Positions 1 through 13,432 of a DNA stretch of 64,000 bases are shown here, piece after piece. Made by a program: the position numbers and the translations under genes. The notes below the pieces were generated by a model, which saw only the letters and a program-made list of their open reading frames with translations, was not told where the DNA came from and did no database searches. Source of the DNA: the human T2T-CHM13v2.0 reference genome, Homo sapiens; assembly GCF_009914755.1 (NCBI RefSeq), contig NC_060939.1. The stretch is one strand, 5' to 3'. Position 1 is the stretch's first letter. Each line of letters starts with the position of its first letter.

Positions 1-37
1 GTGCTGTGATTACAGGCGTGAGCCACCGCGCCCGGCC
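1..37 (-). mobile_element. Alu 5' end (truncated by window edge)
   Basis: Reverse complement of GGCCGGGCGCGGTGGCTCACGCCTGTAATC. Confidence 0.9.
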
Positions 38-1024
38 GAGATATGTTGTTTTAATTGAAGTACATGATGAAAATCTGATCTCACTATAGATATATAATTA
101 GAAAAGGGGGGAGCATATTCATTGCCTTTTCATATCAAACTCAACAAGTGGAAGTTTCTTAAAGGTAGCTGCATCATGGAATCTGAAACCCTATCAATGA
201 ATTTTTCATACAAATCAAAATCAATTAGTCCTTCTTGCACTTTAAATGAACCCCTTTACACATGTATGATTTTTATCTTCCATTGGAAATATTGCTTTAC
301 TGAATTATGCAAATCTTCCAAATGTCAAGTCATTTCATTATTTAATATCAAAAGTCACATCTGTTAATATTACCACCAATCTCATCAGAAAAGTCTTAAA
401 GTACTACTGGGAAGCTGTCGATCTCAAGTTGGCAAATACAAGTTTTCCAAAATTCTACTCAAGAGCTCAAATTTTATCACTGACAACAAATACTGCCAGT
501 TCCTTTTCCTTGAAGTGGTTTTGTTGAAGTGTCTACCAAACAACCAAATCTGAATAATGATAGTCTGTGATTCTTCCCACTAAAAATGGCTTTCCAGAAA
601 AAAAGCAACTAGCTCAGCTCACAACTCAAACATCTGCACAAGTAATTTTCCTTGAAACAACCATCCTACTTCAGTATGCAGAAATGCTTCAGGCATACTT
701 TCTCTGCTGTTGCACAAAATATTAAAGAGACATGCTCAAGGGTTGAAGTTTATTAAAATTTAAAACTTCCTACTTCATCAAGGGAATTCTTAAGTAAAAA
801 CTGGCAATTTTTTTGTTTCATTTTGCTTACTGTGAGTGCATGGCAGTGAAGAATACAGTGACTACTACTACAGTCTGGTGCCACTGCCTTGAATCATGCT
901 AAGGCAGCTAGCAATTTTTACACACTATTGCTTTTGCACCAGCAATGTAAATGTCAATAAAAGGAAAAATCAAATAATGCTTAGTATTATTATGAAAATC
1001 ATTTTGACTTTTTGAGAACCACTG
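38..1024. mobile_element. hAT-Charlie DNA transposon fossil (Charlie1-like)
   Basis: Ends in TTTGAGAACCACTG terminal repeat; subterminal TTAGTATTATTATGAAAAT..TTTTGAC resembles recalled Charlie1 consensus. Confidence 0.6.
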
Positions 1025-2328
1025 CTTTAGAATAAAAAAAAGTAATATCAAATGAGGAAATAATATGCACTCAGAAACGGAAAAGAGGAAATGATCATGA
1101 AACACACGTTAAGTCCTAGCCAGCTGAATGAAGATATCATCAACAAAATAAACTACTCTCATTTCAGAAGCACCAACATTCTGGACCTCATTTTTTTATC
1201 TACGTTAATATACCTTTAAAAAAAAACTGAATCAATGATGTTTTCTTTTACGGTGACAGCTGTTATAGTCTGCTGTTTTTAACAATGCTACCCAGACTAC
1301 AGTAAGCTGGTTTGATTATAACCTACAAAACCAGACAGTGAGCCATGAGTATCTCCATGCTATCTTTGATATTAAACAAAGTAACTATAAGACAACACAG
1401 GCACACTTACGGAAGGAGTAGGTTTATTAGAACGGAAACTGCTTTCAGGGTAATTTCACCTAATGCTGTAAAGCCTGTCATGAAAATTCCACTTCCATCT
1501 GTCACATGAATCAACCTATTAAAGTTCCTAGCTACAGAAATAATTCTAACATGATGCTTATTGTTTACAAATTTCAAGATACAGACCCACTTGCCATTTA
1601 ATCAAAACAAATTTAAATGTGACTGAGTTCATCTAACAAGCTCTTGAAGTATGATATAAAACATAAAGTTTAACAAATAAGATTATGTAAAATACTAAAA
1701 AGTATTATTTTAATATATTTGGTAGATTTCCTAGTATATAAAAGAATCATATCATAAATCCTAATATAAACAGTAAGACTTTAATTTGCCTTTTGCGAAG
1801 CTTGAAATTTCAATATGCTGTACAGGACAGTAGTCTAGAGGCACCTCCAGAGCTACAACAGAGGTGAAACAAATCAAAGCTCAGAGGAACACCTCCTGTC
1901 ACGGTTCTGAATTCAAAGAAAAATTCCACTTTATTGCTTTTTACGTTCCAAAACCACCGCTATCAGAGAGGAACTGCTTAATTCAGAAACTACTGAACTC
2001 TAGAACTAAACTCAAAAGAGTAGCCCAAATCTGAAAGTTATCTGTAGTTCATATTCTAAGCTTCGTAAGAACAGTGAATCATGTTTGTTTACCCCACAAA
2101 CATCCAGCATCATCCAGCACAGTGATTGCCACAAGACACTCAAATATTTAGTAAATGAATAAACGACTACAGGTAAGGAAAAGGAAATGATGGTAGAGGG
2201 GGAAAACAAAAATTGCATTTCCATATTTTCTAAAAGGATGGCATGCCATCAAATGGACTCCACCAAAAGCACAAGCATACACAAGAATATGTTTATATAG
2301 TTGAATATAATTAACCATGCATACCCAC

Positions 2329-2391
2329 CAGGCTTGATGTCCTTGTAAACAAAGTTCTCCAAGCCATATATGAACTCCCCTGAATGTGTGC
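2329..2391 (-). CDS. VPS13C: VPS13C coding exon 6 (63 nt, symmetric phase 1-1, alternatively spliced); gene continues beyond the window start
   Basis: Acceptor GGGATGCAG|, donor CTG|GTGGGT; GTHSGEFIYGLENFVYKDIKP(G), also visible within ORF 2249..2431. Confidence 0.88.
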
Positions 2392-3044
2392 CTGCATCCC
2401 ACATGGCAGCAATAACCAAAATGCAAAGCAATTTAAAGACACCTTTAATTTCACATGTAAAATATACCTAAATTTAATTTCATATAATTAGAAATCATGT
2501 AACAGGGTAATTAAAATTTGGTGACACCAAAACTATTTTATTTCTGAGGAAATATTCACAGTGACACCATTTTCGTTCTTTCAACACACAAACTTCTTAA
2601 CAATTAAAATTATAATAATCATTTCAAAATATGTGAGGCAGGTAAATATCAATTTCGGCTAACGGCTCACTAAAATTTTTGACAAGTTTTCAAACAGTGC
2701 AAAAATCCACTATTTTGGTTCTCTTTTTGCATGCCATTTTGTCCATTTTCAGAATATAATATTACTGTGATATTTGACGCTAATTTTAGAGTGGGCTGAA
2801 ATGACCTCATCTTACTTTAGTGTGATCTGGTCCCTTTACATACACTATCTGAATCCTTTATAGCCATTCTCATTAATGATGGCTACATAGCATCTTCTAC
2901 TTCGCTCTCCAAATCCAGTCTATCCTAGACAACACTGCAAGTTTTTCCTTAAATCATAACTCTGATCATGTCATTCTTTGGACTCTTAAAGAAAGAAAAA
3001 GGAAAACTTACACCCCCGCTGGCTATGGATGAAAGTTCACATTG

Positions 3045-3275
3045 TACAGGGTTAAGATTACAAGATCTAGAGCCAGACCGGATTCAAATTCTAGCTCTAC
3101 TATTTTCTAACTGTGTGACCTAGAACAAATTATTTAACTTTCACTTTCCTCAGCTGTAAGATGGCAACAAAAATAGCACCTATATCAAATGTGACTATTA
3201 ATGGGTTAATTCATATAAAGTATTTTGAAGAGTGACTGCTGAATAGTTAATCCTCAATAAATGTCAACTACTTTC
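3045..3275 (+). mobile_element. MIR SINE
   Basis: MIR core: TTCAAATTCTAGCTCTACT..TGTGTGACCT..TTTCCTCAGCTGTAAGATGG. Confidence 0.7.
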
Positions 3276-4255
3276 ACTGTCATTACCATTAACATCATCA
3301 GAGCATGCAAATCTCTTAAAATTGACCTAAACTTAGCTTTCCAACCCTACATCCAACTACTCTCTATCAGACTCCCAAACTGTTAGCTGATCCCACAGAT
3401 GCTCTATACTTTCCCACCTTCACTGTCTCCTCTACCTATGCCTTCTCTCCTTTCTGCAGATCCATCCTTTAAATCCAGTTGAAATATACACCTTCATAGT
3501 GTCTACCCTGATCTCTTTGGCCGACTATAACATGTTCATTCTGAACTCCCATAAAACTGTCTGTACCTCTTTGATGGGACTCAACACTTTCTCTTGCTTA
3601 TTATTATGCAAATTTCTTATTTGTCCAATTAAAATATAAGGTCTTTGACAGGAGGGTCCAAGGACTCTCTAATTTTTCTGCTTTCAACAATGTGTAGACT
3701 GGCATCAGACTTTTTTTTAAAGGAGCCTGGAAGCTAGAAAACATTGCTGCCTACAAAATTCTAATTTTTAACCTAGCATTCTATCCCCAGACAAATCAAA
3801 CGAGTGTAGAAGTAAAACACAAAGACATTCAGCCTTAAAAGAATTTTCGAAATTATATCCGGTGCATCCATTCTTAAAAGCTTCTAGATGTGTTCTAGGA
3901 AAACAAATGAGTAAACTAAGGAAGCAAAAAAGGCAAAGGACCCAGGAAACAGGGAATTAAACATAGACGAGCAATTCAGACCAGTCCTAAGATGACACCT
4001 GTGCAGCTGGTCCAAAAAACAATCAGTTCAGAGGGGGATCTCCAAGAGACAACAGGGTGGTAGAGAGTACCAACAGATGGGTTTACACGATTGGAAAATA
4101 CTATCATTTCTCATATAGCAGACAAATTTCATGTAGCATGTGAAAAAGAATTAAAGATAAATTTACATAGAAGACTAAGCAAATAAGAAAGCAGCATTTA
4201 CAAATTCAAGGAAAACAAAAGGTTGTATAAGAAAGGAAATATAGTCATAGTACAT

Positions 4256-4559
4256 TGATATGATTTGGATATTGGTCCCCTCCAAATCTCATGTTCAAAT
4301 GTGATTCCCAGTGTTGGAGGTGGGGCCTGATGTGAAGTGACTGGATCATTGGGGTGGGTCCCTCATAAATGATGACAGGCCTGCTTCCAATTCATCTTCT
4401 GCCGTGACTGAAAGCTTCCTGAGGCCCTCACCAGGAGCAAGTGCCGGCATCATGCTTCCTATACAGCCTACAGAACTGTGAGCCAATTAAAACTCTTTTC
4501 TTCATAAATTACCCAGTCTCAGGTATTCCTTTATAGCAATGCAAAAACTGCATAACACA
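4256..4559. mobile_element. MST-family MaLR solo LTR with internal deletion
   Basis: TGATATGATTTGG..CCAAATCTCATGTT start, TTTATAGCAATGC..AACACA end, approximate 5-bp TSD TACAT/CACAT. Confidence 0.8.
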
Positions 4560-7411
4560 CACATCATGTGACCTGCGCAGTGAACAATAATCACATTGTC
4601 ATAGTAATCTAAGTAGTGACTAGTAATTGGCCAAAAATTATGATATATTCATATTATGAGAAAATGGGAAGGAGAATTCAGGGTGCAAGGAGATAGTAAG
4701 AGAAGTAAACTCCGTGACTACCATAACAGGAAGTCCTAGATAATGCCTTATGTTAATGAACTAGATTAATGACAGAATGTTAACATCGCTAAAAAATATT
4801 ACTAACTCAAAGGAGTTGGTCTGGAGGGTAGCAAAGGATGAAACAAGGGACTGCCGTTTTTTATCATGTCATTTTGGCAAAACTATTGATTTTCAAGTGT
4901 GTGTACATATTACTTTGATAAAATCCAACATCTTAAGTACAGAATCTAGCATTTGCGAATCTTTTGGCCTTACTAGGAATTTAATCTTTCTCTTTATGAT
5001 AGCCTTCCAGAAAAATAAACTCACTCCAATGAAATAGAAGGAGAAAAATATCAAAGAGTTTATTTTTACAGTTAAGCAAACTTTCTAAAAATGAACTCAT
5101 AGTTTTATTTCAATTTTATTTTATTCCTATACGATAGTGGGAAACAATATAATTTTACCACATAAAACAAGCTAAGTCAAAATCCTTTTTATGAGCAGAC
5201 CAGCATGATAATTTTGTTTTCATTTTTATCATCTGCTACTTAGAGTTGAATCATCTCCTCTCCTTCCCTCTCTGAGTCCCTATACATGTGCAATGGTGCT
5301 TTTGTGCTTTTAATATCAATAAACAAGTAGAAAAATAAAGTATAATCAATAACTATTAATAATGGTAAAATGTGAAATATATAAAGGTCAGGGTTGTCCT
5401 CTATCATTCACATGAATAATATTATTTGAAGATGTGACTCATATCCACAGAAATGAGAAAAGAATACTGCAATATTCTTAAATGTGTTTCTTAACAGTTA
5501 AGAAAAAAATAATCTAAATATACTTCCCAATTCCTGAATTCATCTTTTAGTCTCAAAACTTTTTTGACAAATATAACATGTTAAAACTGAGTGTTAAAAG
5601 AGTTTCACTTTTTGAATTTTAATTCTATATGAAAAAAACTTAAATTTTATCATTCAAGAAGCTACAATGTCATTACCATATACAGCATAGGCCTAACAGT
5701 TCTATTTACACAAAATTAATACTACAGATGTACATCCTTTATATCAAACCATTCATAATAGCCTCTTTGTCAGACCCAAATGTCTGTTTTCTCAGCACTG
5801 AAGACTCAGGAGTCAAAATTTCCTAAGTCTGAGTACGAAATGTGTAATAATCATATTACCAATTAAACTGTCAATCACGAAAACAAATGAGACTATATAC
5901 CACGACTTTTCTTACAGGTGACTGAAAACACTAACATATTTTTAGGCAAATATAATTATGCTCCATTTTTTAAAAAGGAGGAGCTTAAGATTTGTTTCTA
6001 AATAATATATGTAACTTATTATGTAATTGTAAATGATAAATGTGTAATTATGCTATATCAATATATCTAAGTATACATCAATATACCTAATGATGAATAT
6101 ACATATGTTAATATCCTAATCTGAATAGTTTCAAGAAAAAGTGAAATTCTAGTGCTCTCCAATTCTTAGCCTTCATTTTTATGGTACTACTTTTACATAT
6201 ATTAATTAGCCAAAATTGAATATAAAGAAAAAAATCACAATTATCATGAAACAAAACCATTCTTGGCTTGCTTTTTTGCCATGGTAAAGTCATACAAATA
6301 AAGAAAACTGTTTCCCTAGAAATACAGATACTTAAGCTTCAGCAGGAAGACAAAATATGCTCAAGTGTGAAAATAAGAGAAAAAATGTTGAAGCTTCTAG
6401 AAAATTTCTTCCACTATGGTAACCTCTGTATTTTTAAATAGTTTAGTAACTTTTAATAAAAGAATCAATATTTCTGCATAAGAAAAAATACTTGGAGCAA
6501 GAATTTAAAACTTTGATTAAAAATTTAAAGGAACAACCTATTTAAAAAAGATTTCTAATTGATTCAATTAAATGACAACATCTTAAGCTAGGAAAAGAAA
6601 TCTTATATCTAAATATAATTAACATCATTTCTAACTCAATATTTGCTTTATCTTTTGAGAGAGACTATCTTCATCATAAAAATATATACACATGCCACCA
6701 AATGACACAAAAATTATATAAAATGCTAATAACTCATATACCCTAATCAGCAATTGTTGATTGAGATAAACAATAGATGTCTGGAAAAGTCCTTCAATTC
6801 ATCACTCTATAGACTACTCTTTTTCATCATATCCTTGTTCTTGCTCTATAAACCAAACAAAGTCATCAGATTTATTTTTAGATAAAAACAAAAATGTAAA
6901 CGTAAGGCAGGATGTTAAAATGTTAAAACCTGAAGAATCAAGTTTTTGGGTTTTTTTTTAATATCCTGTACAACACGAAGGGAGATAGCTAGGACTAGAA
7001 TTAAAGCAGCATTTCCTCTAAACATCATTTCACTATAGCATTATGCTTAACCTCATTATCCAGCAAGAACACGGGTAAACATGCACACAAAGAAACTTAC
7101 CATTTGCCCAAAATAAACAGGCCTGCAAATACTGAAAATTTGGAAAGTCTTCCAAACTAGCACAATAAAAATGACTAATTAAGAAAAGTGGAAAAATCAA
7201 ATTGGCAACATGATAAAACACTCACAGAAAAAAGGCAATTACTTTTTCCTAAAAGTGAGTCATGAAAATATAAGCAATATTTTGAGATTTAAAAAAAATT
7301 ATGTCTTTAGAACTTCAACTTATGAAGGCTTACAAAAGCATCCTCTTTAAAGGATATTAATTATATCTAAAATATAGGTATGTCTAAGTTTATCTCAAAA
7401 AAACTTTTTAC

Positions 7412-7513
7412 CTTTTTCTGCTGCTTTTTGAAGGGCTTCTTCAATTCGGGATAGCTCTTTCTGTTTAACATCCTGCAAGGATTTTTCTTCTTTTACAGCA
7501 TCATACTTAATAC
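7412..7513 (-). CDS. VPS13C: VPS13C coding exon 5 (102 nt)
   Basis: Acceptor TTTTTAG|, donor AAG|GTAAAA; SIKYDAVKEEKSLQDVKQKELSRIEEALQKAAEK. Confidence 0.95.
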
Positions 7514-8927
7514 CTAAAAATATACAGTCAATTCACACAAAAATAAATGGAATTAATAAATAAACAAACGGAAAAAGTTCAGCCTCATTAGGATTGTGTA
7601 AGTGTATAATCCTTCTGCAATACAAAAATACTTTCACATTTTTAGTTTTACGAAACATTTAAACATAAATTATTCCTATTCACTTACAAAAAACTGAAAT
7701 ACAAAAAGAAGGAGGGAAGAAAAGAAATTACAGGTAGAAAGGCAGGTAGGAAAAAGGGAGACAGGAGGAGGGTGAGAACAAAGATAAGAAGTAGAAACAG
7801 AAGGAAGACAGCAAGTACACCAGAATACTGCTCTATCAGTGGTAAATCTGGAATAATTTAATATCCAATACTACCTGGGATCAATATACACTGATTTTTT
7901 AAACTTTCAGAGAGTAATTCGGAATACATATCAACAATCATAAAATATATAAGCCCTTTTTATCTAGTAATGTCATTTCTGATCATGCAATCTAAGGAAA
8001 TAACACAAAAGAATAAAAAAGATCTATAATGACATATTTATAGTATTGATTACAATGATGTATTTATAGTACTGACTATAGTATTGACTAGTATTTATAG
8101 TATTGACTATAAAGCTAAAAACAGTAGGTAGCCCACAATAGAATACCATACAGCCTTTCAAAACTGTCACTGTCACTGTGAAAACTGTGAAACCTATCAA
8201 AAATGTATATAATAAAAGGCCAAGTCAATGTTGTATATATAATGTGGTAACAGCTACTGAAAATCAGGTATGCATAAACTAAAGACTGAAGAGCAAAATG
8301 TAAAAATAAAAATTTTATTTGTACAATGGTTAAGAAATTGTAAGTAATTTTTCCCTAAAACATCCAAACTTTTCTTAACATTATATTGTTCTTATAAGTG
8401 AAAAAATAATAATAAAGATATTACTTAAACATCACTACTTTAAAACATTAAAAATTAAAATACTATCATTTCGAAGGAAAAAATTACCAATTATACACAT
8501 TTTTGAAAGAACATTCACTCAAAATCAGAAGCAACAAAATAGGAAAAAAAATAAATTTTTCAATCTTGAAATCTGGAGATTAACACATCAGGATATTTTT
8601 AAAGATTTATTTCACTTCATTTATTATCAGTAAATCTGCCTAATGCAGCTCAACAGGAAGCCTTAGTTGCAAAACAAGTACTCTTAGAAAACAGAATAAA
8701 TTGAAAAAATGAATTAAATTTTCAACAACAACAATACTTTATACACAAATGCGGTAAGATATATGTGCATACATATATAAAAGTATGCATATAAGTGCAT
8801 CTATGTATGATTCATTTATTTAAATTACCTTCTATCTTAATAAATAAATGTATTAAAATACTTAACTCAGATAACAATTTAATTTCAATGTGATGTTACT
8901 GAATGGTTATAACCTAAAATAACATAC

Positions 8928-9023
8928 TTGCTCCAGGGACAACAAGCAGGTATAATCCTTCCAGGGTCGCAACAACTGCTTCTCCATAAAGGTTCTTCCA
9001 AGGAATCTTCAAAGTTAATTTAT
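8928..9023 (-). CDS. VPS13C: VPS13C coding exon 4 (96 nt)
   Basis: Acceptor TTTCCTTAG|, donor CAA|GTATGT; DKLTLKIPWKNLYGEAVVATLEGLYLLVVPGA includes the conserved chorein IPW motif. Confidence 0.96.
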
Positions 9024-11149
9024 CTAAGGAAACATAATTTCAACCTTAAATTATTATTTGACTGCTCAAGAACACAAAAATTTCTCACTTTCCATTAAGC
9101 GAAAAAGCATAAAAAACTCTTCATGGTATGTACATCACTCAGAAAAAATGAAAAAAATCCAACACTAAAGTTTACAAAGGTCTTTTCCACATAAAATTAC
9201 TATTAAGTGAATAGTCACATTGTAATTTTTATTTTTCAATATAAAATATTTTGATAATCATTATCCATTTAATATTCAAAAACTGTAAAATGAATAAGTC
9301 AGCTATTATTTCAATCCTGAAAAAAAGGAAACTCAGCCCTAGTGAAGTTAAATTAATTGCTTAAGTCTATCTAGTGAGTTAAGCAGTGACCAGATTATTA
9401 GTAAGGATGCTGGACCAGATTCGGTGCACAACAACAGTTGATAGTCTTAATATTGCACATGCTCTTCTATCCACATCAACAAATAAATCCTTATAGATCA
9501 ACAGTAAAATAATATCTGCACAAGCTACCAGGAATTGAAGCAGCAACACAGAGAAGAGATGCAAAGGAACTTTGTGCAAATGGAATTTTGACAGCATACC
9601 AAATTGTCACAACAGGAAGAGGCTAGCTCTAAAAGCAAGGCATACGGTATTATGAATAGTATTATGAGTCACAGGCAACTCAGACCAGTTATATTCCAAA
9701 TATCTACTTATAAATCACTTAGAAGACAGAACACATGTTCTCTCTTGGAAACAATGGTATTAATGTCAAGTCCTCCTGAGGTGAGCCCACAAAAAACTTT
9801 CACTCATGACACAGATGAACTATGGCCCTAATATTACTGTCCCAATTTTGGGGTTTTATGGGGGAAAAGCCTGTTCAGGGAAGACAAGAGAAGACCAAAA
9901 GGGCATGCTCTCAGCTAAATTTTGAAATAGGCAAAATCTGTCAAAATCTTTCCATGTTTCTTTCCCTAATCTCTAGTATCCCCTCGTTCCAGGTCTCCAG
10001 GCAGCAAAATGTCCCCAATCTGCCTTACTACAGCAATTCTATCCAAACCTTTCCTACACATAAAGTTTTACATGTTCCAAAATAAAATACCTTCCTTCAT
10101 CTATAATTTTTAAACTTATATTTAAAATCTATAGGTCTCTCAGAGCTACTAATCAAGATTTTCAGGAGAAAAGAATTTGATTCAACTAAGTCATGCTTGT
10201 ATGTGAATAATTAAGTCACTTACACCACCAGAATCACTGGTGGTTTTTCATTTAAAATCATTTTTAAATGAAAATGCTCAAAGTTCAAAGAACTGAAAAA
10301 CAGTATAACAAACTAAAGAGAAAATAAAATAATGCAATGTAAGACAGAATATTTGGGGTCACCTAGATGGATATGTAGGAAAGCCAGTTTTACCTGGTAT
10401 CTATTCCCAAGGTTAAAATATCAAATTATTTCTCCATTTAGATTTTCACTTCTCTTCAGCTTGTAAACCTGCTGAATTTCTTAAATGGCTTGCATGTCAC
10501 GGGAAGTCTACAACGCTCTGGGTCATTTCTAAGTCCAGTGATTTTATATTTACAATAGGTACTGTTACATTTGTAATTATCTCAAAATCTCCTAACAAAA
10601 TTTATTTGATTGCCTTCTTGGTGAGCATAAGACAGAAAAAGTGGGAAACGTCCCTTTAACTAGCATACAGAAAGGGACTGTCTGTTCCCTAAACCTTTTC
10701 TTCTCTACATTTATACTAATTATCCCCCAATCTCTCAGAAAGGTCCTAGAATTGAGTTTTTTATATATTACTCCCTCCTTTTATAGATCAGGAAATTTTT
10801 TAAATTTTTAAGAAAACGGGTAACTCAAGGGCACCCACAAATATGTCTAGCTCTTAGAAAACCAAATCACACTTGAGCTTAATTAGCCACACTGACCCTA
10901 CAGGTTAGGTATAATATTTTAACCTAAGGAGAAATTTAACAACTAATATAAATGCTCTGTAAACCAAAAAAAAAAGATAGTTATAAAGACAATATACTTT
11001 GCATACTTATTTGTAAAGGGTCTCTCATAACTCAATGGGTAACAGTGAAGGAAGCCATTAAATCTTTGTGTACTTTAAAAGCAAAAAGAACAAATTCTGA
11101 ACCATTAGAAAATCTCCTCCATAATGTAAATCTATTATATTGCATAATA

Positions 11150-11500
11150 TAAGTATAAATATAATAAATATAATATATAAATATATTATATAATATATTA
11201 TATATAAATATATATAATATATTATATATATTATATTATATAATATATATATAAATATATAATATATTATATACATTTATATATAATATATTATATATAA
11301 ATGTATATAATATATTATATATAAATGTATATAATATATTATATATAAATGTATATAATATGTTATATATAAATATAATATATATTAAATAAATATATAA
11401 ATATAATATAATAAATTTATTATATTGTAAGAATATAATAAATTTATTATATTGTAAGAATATAATAAATTTATTATATTGTAAGAATATAATAAATAAT
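11150..11500. repeat. AT-rich palindromic minisatellite
   Basis: 24-nt unit ATATAATATATTATATATAAATGT (about 4 copies from 11281); 27-nt unit AATATAATAAATTTATTATATTGTAAG x3 (11405-11485). Confidence 0.95.
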
Positions 11501-12277
11501 GCAAAATTTCTTTAGTCAGCTATAATTGATCTAAGACACTGGAAATACAATTTCAATCTATGTTCCAATTTTAGATGTCTATAACTTCCTTGAAGACAAA
11601 GATATCACCTTCATCCTTGCATCTCCCATAGCACTTGCGTAGTCTTGTACGTAACATGTGCATAAATATTTCAAAAGTAAAAGAATAAATGAATGGCTAC
11701 AACTTCTATATTCTAGGATTTCAGTGAAGCATATAGGGCCACAATACTTCTAGAGCACTGCTACACATAACCACCACATTCAGCCCTATCTAAAAAACAA
11801 AAAAGATGACACATGCCTAAAGATGCTTTCAATCTAAGAAAATTTATCCTGTTTCGAGACAAAAACATAAAAATATTCTTGTATGTTAAAAGGAAACATA
11901 TATGTCATATAAAATGACCCAAACGGAAGTATCCAAATAATTGCTAAGAGATGCTAGAGTAGTGAAAGACAAAGCCTTCCTATAATACAGAATATTGAAT
12001 AAAGAAAAAAGTGATATAGCGTAATAGCAGGGTGATAAAGTTGGGAGAAAGGATGTAGCATAAGTAAAATTATAGGAGTAAGCCATCTTGGCTTGTAATT
12101 TACTTATTTTTTAAAGTAAATCCTAAACATAAAACCTGAAACTATAAAATTCCTAGATGAAAACTGAGGAAAAACTCATCTGGACATCAGCCTAGGCAAA
12201 GAATTTATGACAAAGACCCTAAAAGCAAATGCAAGAAAAACAAATTAAACAAATAGGACTTAACTAAGAAGCTTCTA

Positions 12278-12595
12278 GGCCAAGCGTGGTGACTCACACC
12301 TGTAATCCCAGCATTTTGGGAGGCCGAGGCGGATAGATCACTTGAGCCCAGGAGTTCAAGAACAGCATGGGCAACATGATGAAACTGTATCTCTACAAAA
12401 AATATAAATATGAGCCAATCATGGTGACACACCCGTCGTTTCAGCAACTTGGGAGGCAAAGGTGGGAGGATCCCTTGAGCCCAGGAAGTTGAGGCTGCAG
12501 TAAGCCATGACTGTGCCACTGCATTCCAGGCTGGGCAACAGAGCAAGACTTTGTCTCTAAATTAATTAATTAATTTTTAAAAAGTAAAAATAAAA
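12278..12595 (+). mobile_element. AluJ inserted in L1
   Basis: Dimeric Alu with J-type GGATCCCTTGAGCCCAGGA; imperfect TSD AAGAAGCTTCT/AAAAATCTTCT. Confidence 0.9.
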
Positions 12596-13432
12596 ATCTT
12601 CTGCACAGCAAAAGAAATAATCAACACAGTAAACAGACAACCTACAGAAAGGTAGAAAATATTTGCAAATTATGCCTCCAGCAAAGGACAAATATCCAGA
12701 ATCTACAAGGAACTCAAACAACTGAACAAGAAAAAAACAACCCCATTCAAAACAGCAAAGTACATAAACAAACATTTCTCAGAATAAGAAATACAAGAAG
12801 CCAACAAACACATGAAAAAATGTTCAACATAACTAATTATCAGAGAAATACAAATTTAAACCACACTGAGATACCATCTTACACCAGCTAGAATGGCTAT
12901 TATTAAAAAGTCAAAAAATAACAGATATTGGCATGGATACAGAGGAGAGGGACTACTTGAGTACTGTTGGTGAAAATGTAGACTGGTTTAACCTCTATGG
13001 AAAACAGTACGGAGATATCTCAAAGAACTAAAAATAAAAACAGCAATCCCACTACTGAGTACCTAAAAGAAAATAAGTCATTATATAAAAAGACACCTGC
13101 ACTCATATGTTTATCACAGCACTAACCACAATAGCAAAGTCACACAACCAAACTAAGTGTCCATCAACAGTTGACTGGATAAAGAAAATGTGATACATAT
13201 ATACCATGCAATAGTATGCAGCCATAAAAAAGAATGAAATCATGTCCCCTACAGCAAGATGGATGAAGCTAGAGGCCATTATCTTAAGTAAATCAACTCA
13301 AAGGTGGAAAATCTAATATTGTATGTTCTCACTTACAAGTAGGAGCTAAACAATGGGTACAAATAGACATAAATATGCATAATAGCCTTTACAGTACACA
13401 GCTCCACAGAGACATTGCCAGGACAAGTAAGA

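Noticed and set aside
11405-11496. Palindromic repeats resembling a CRISPR array
   Set aside because: The 5-nt linkers are identical rather than unique spacers, there are no cas genes, and the DNA is human; it is a minisatellite.
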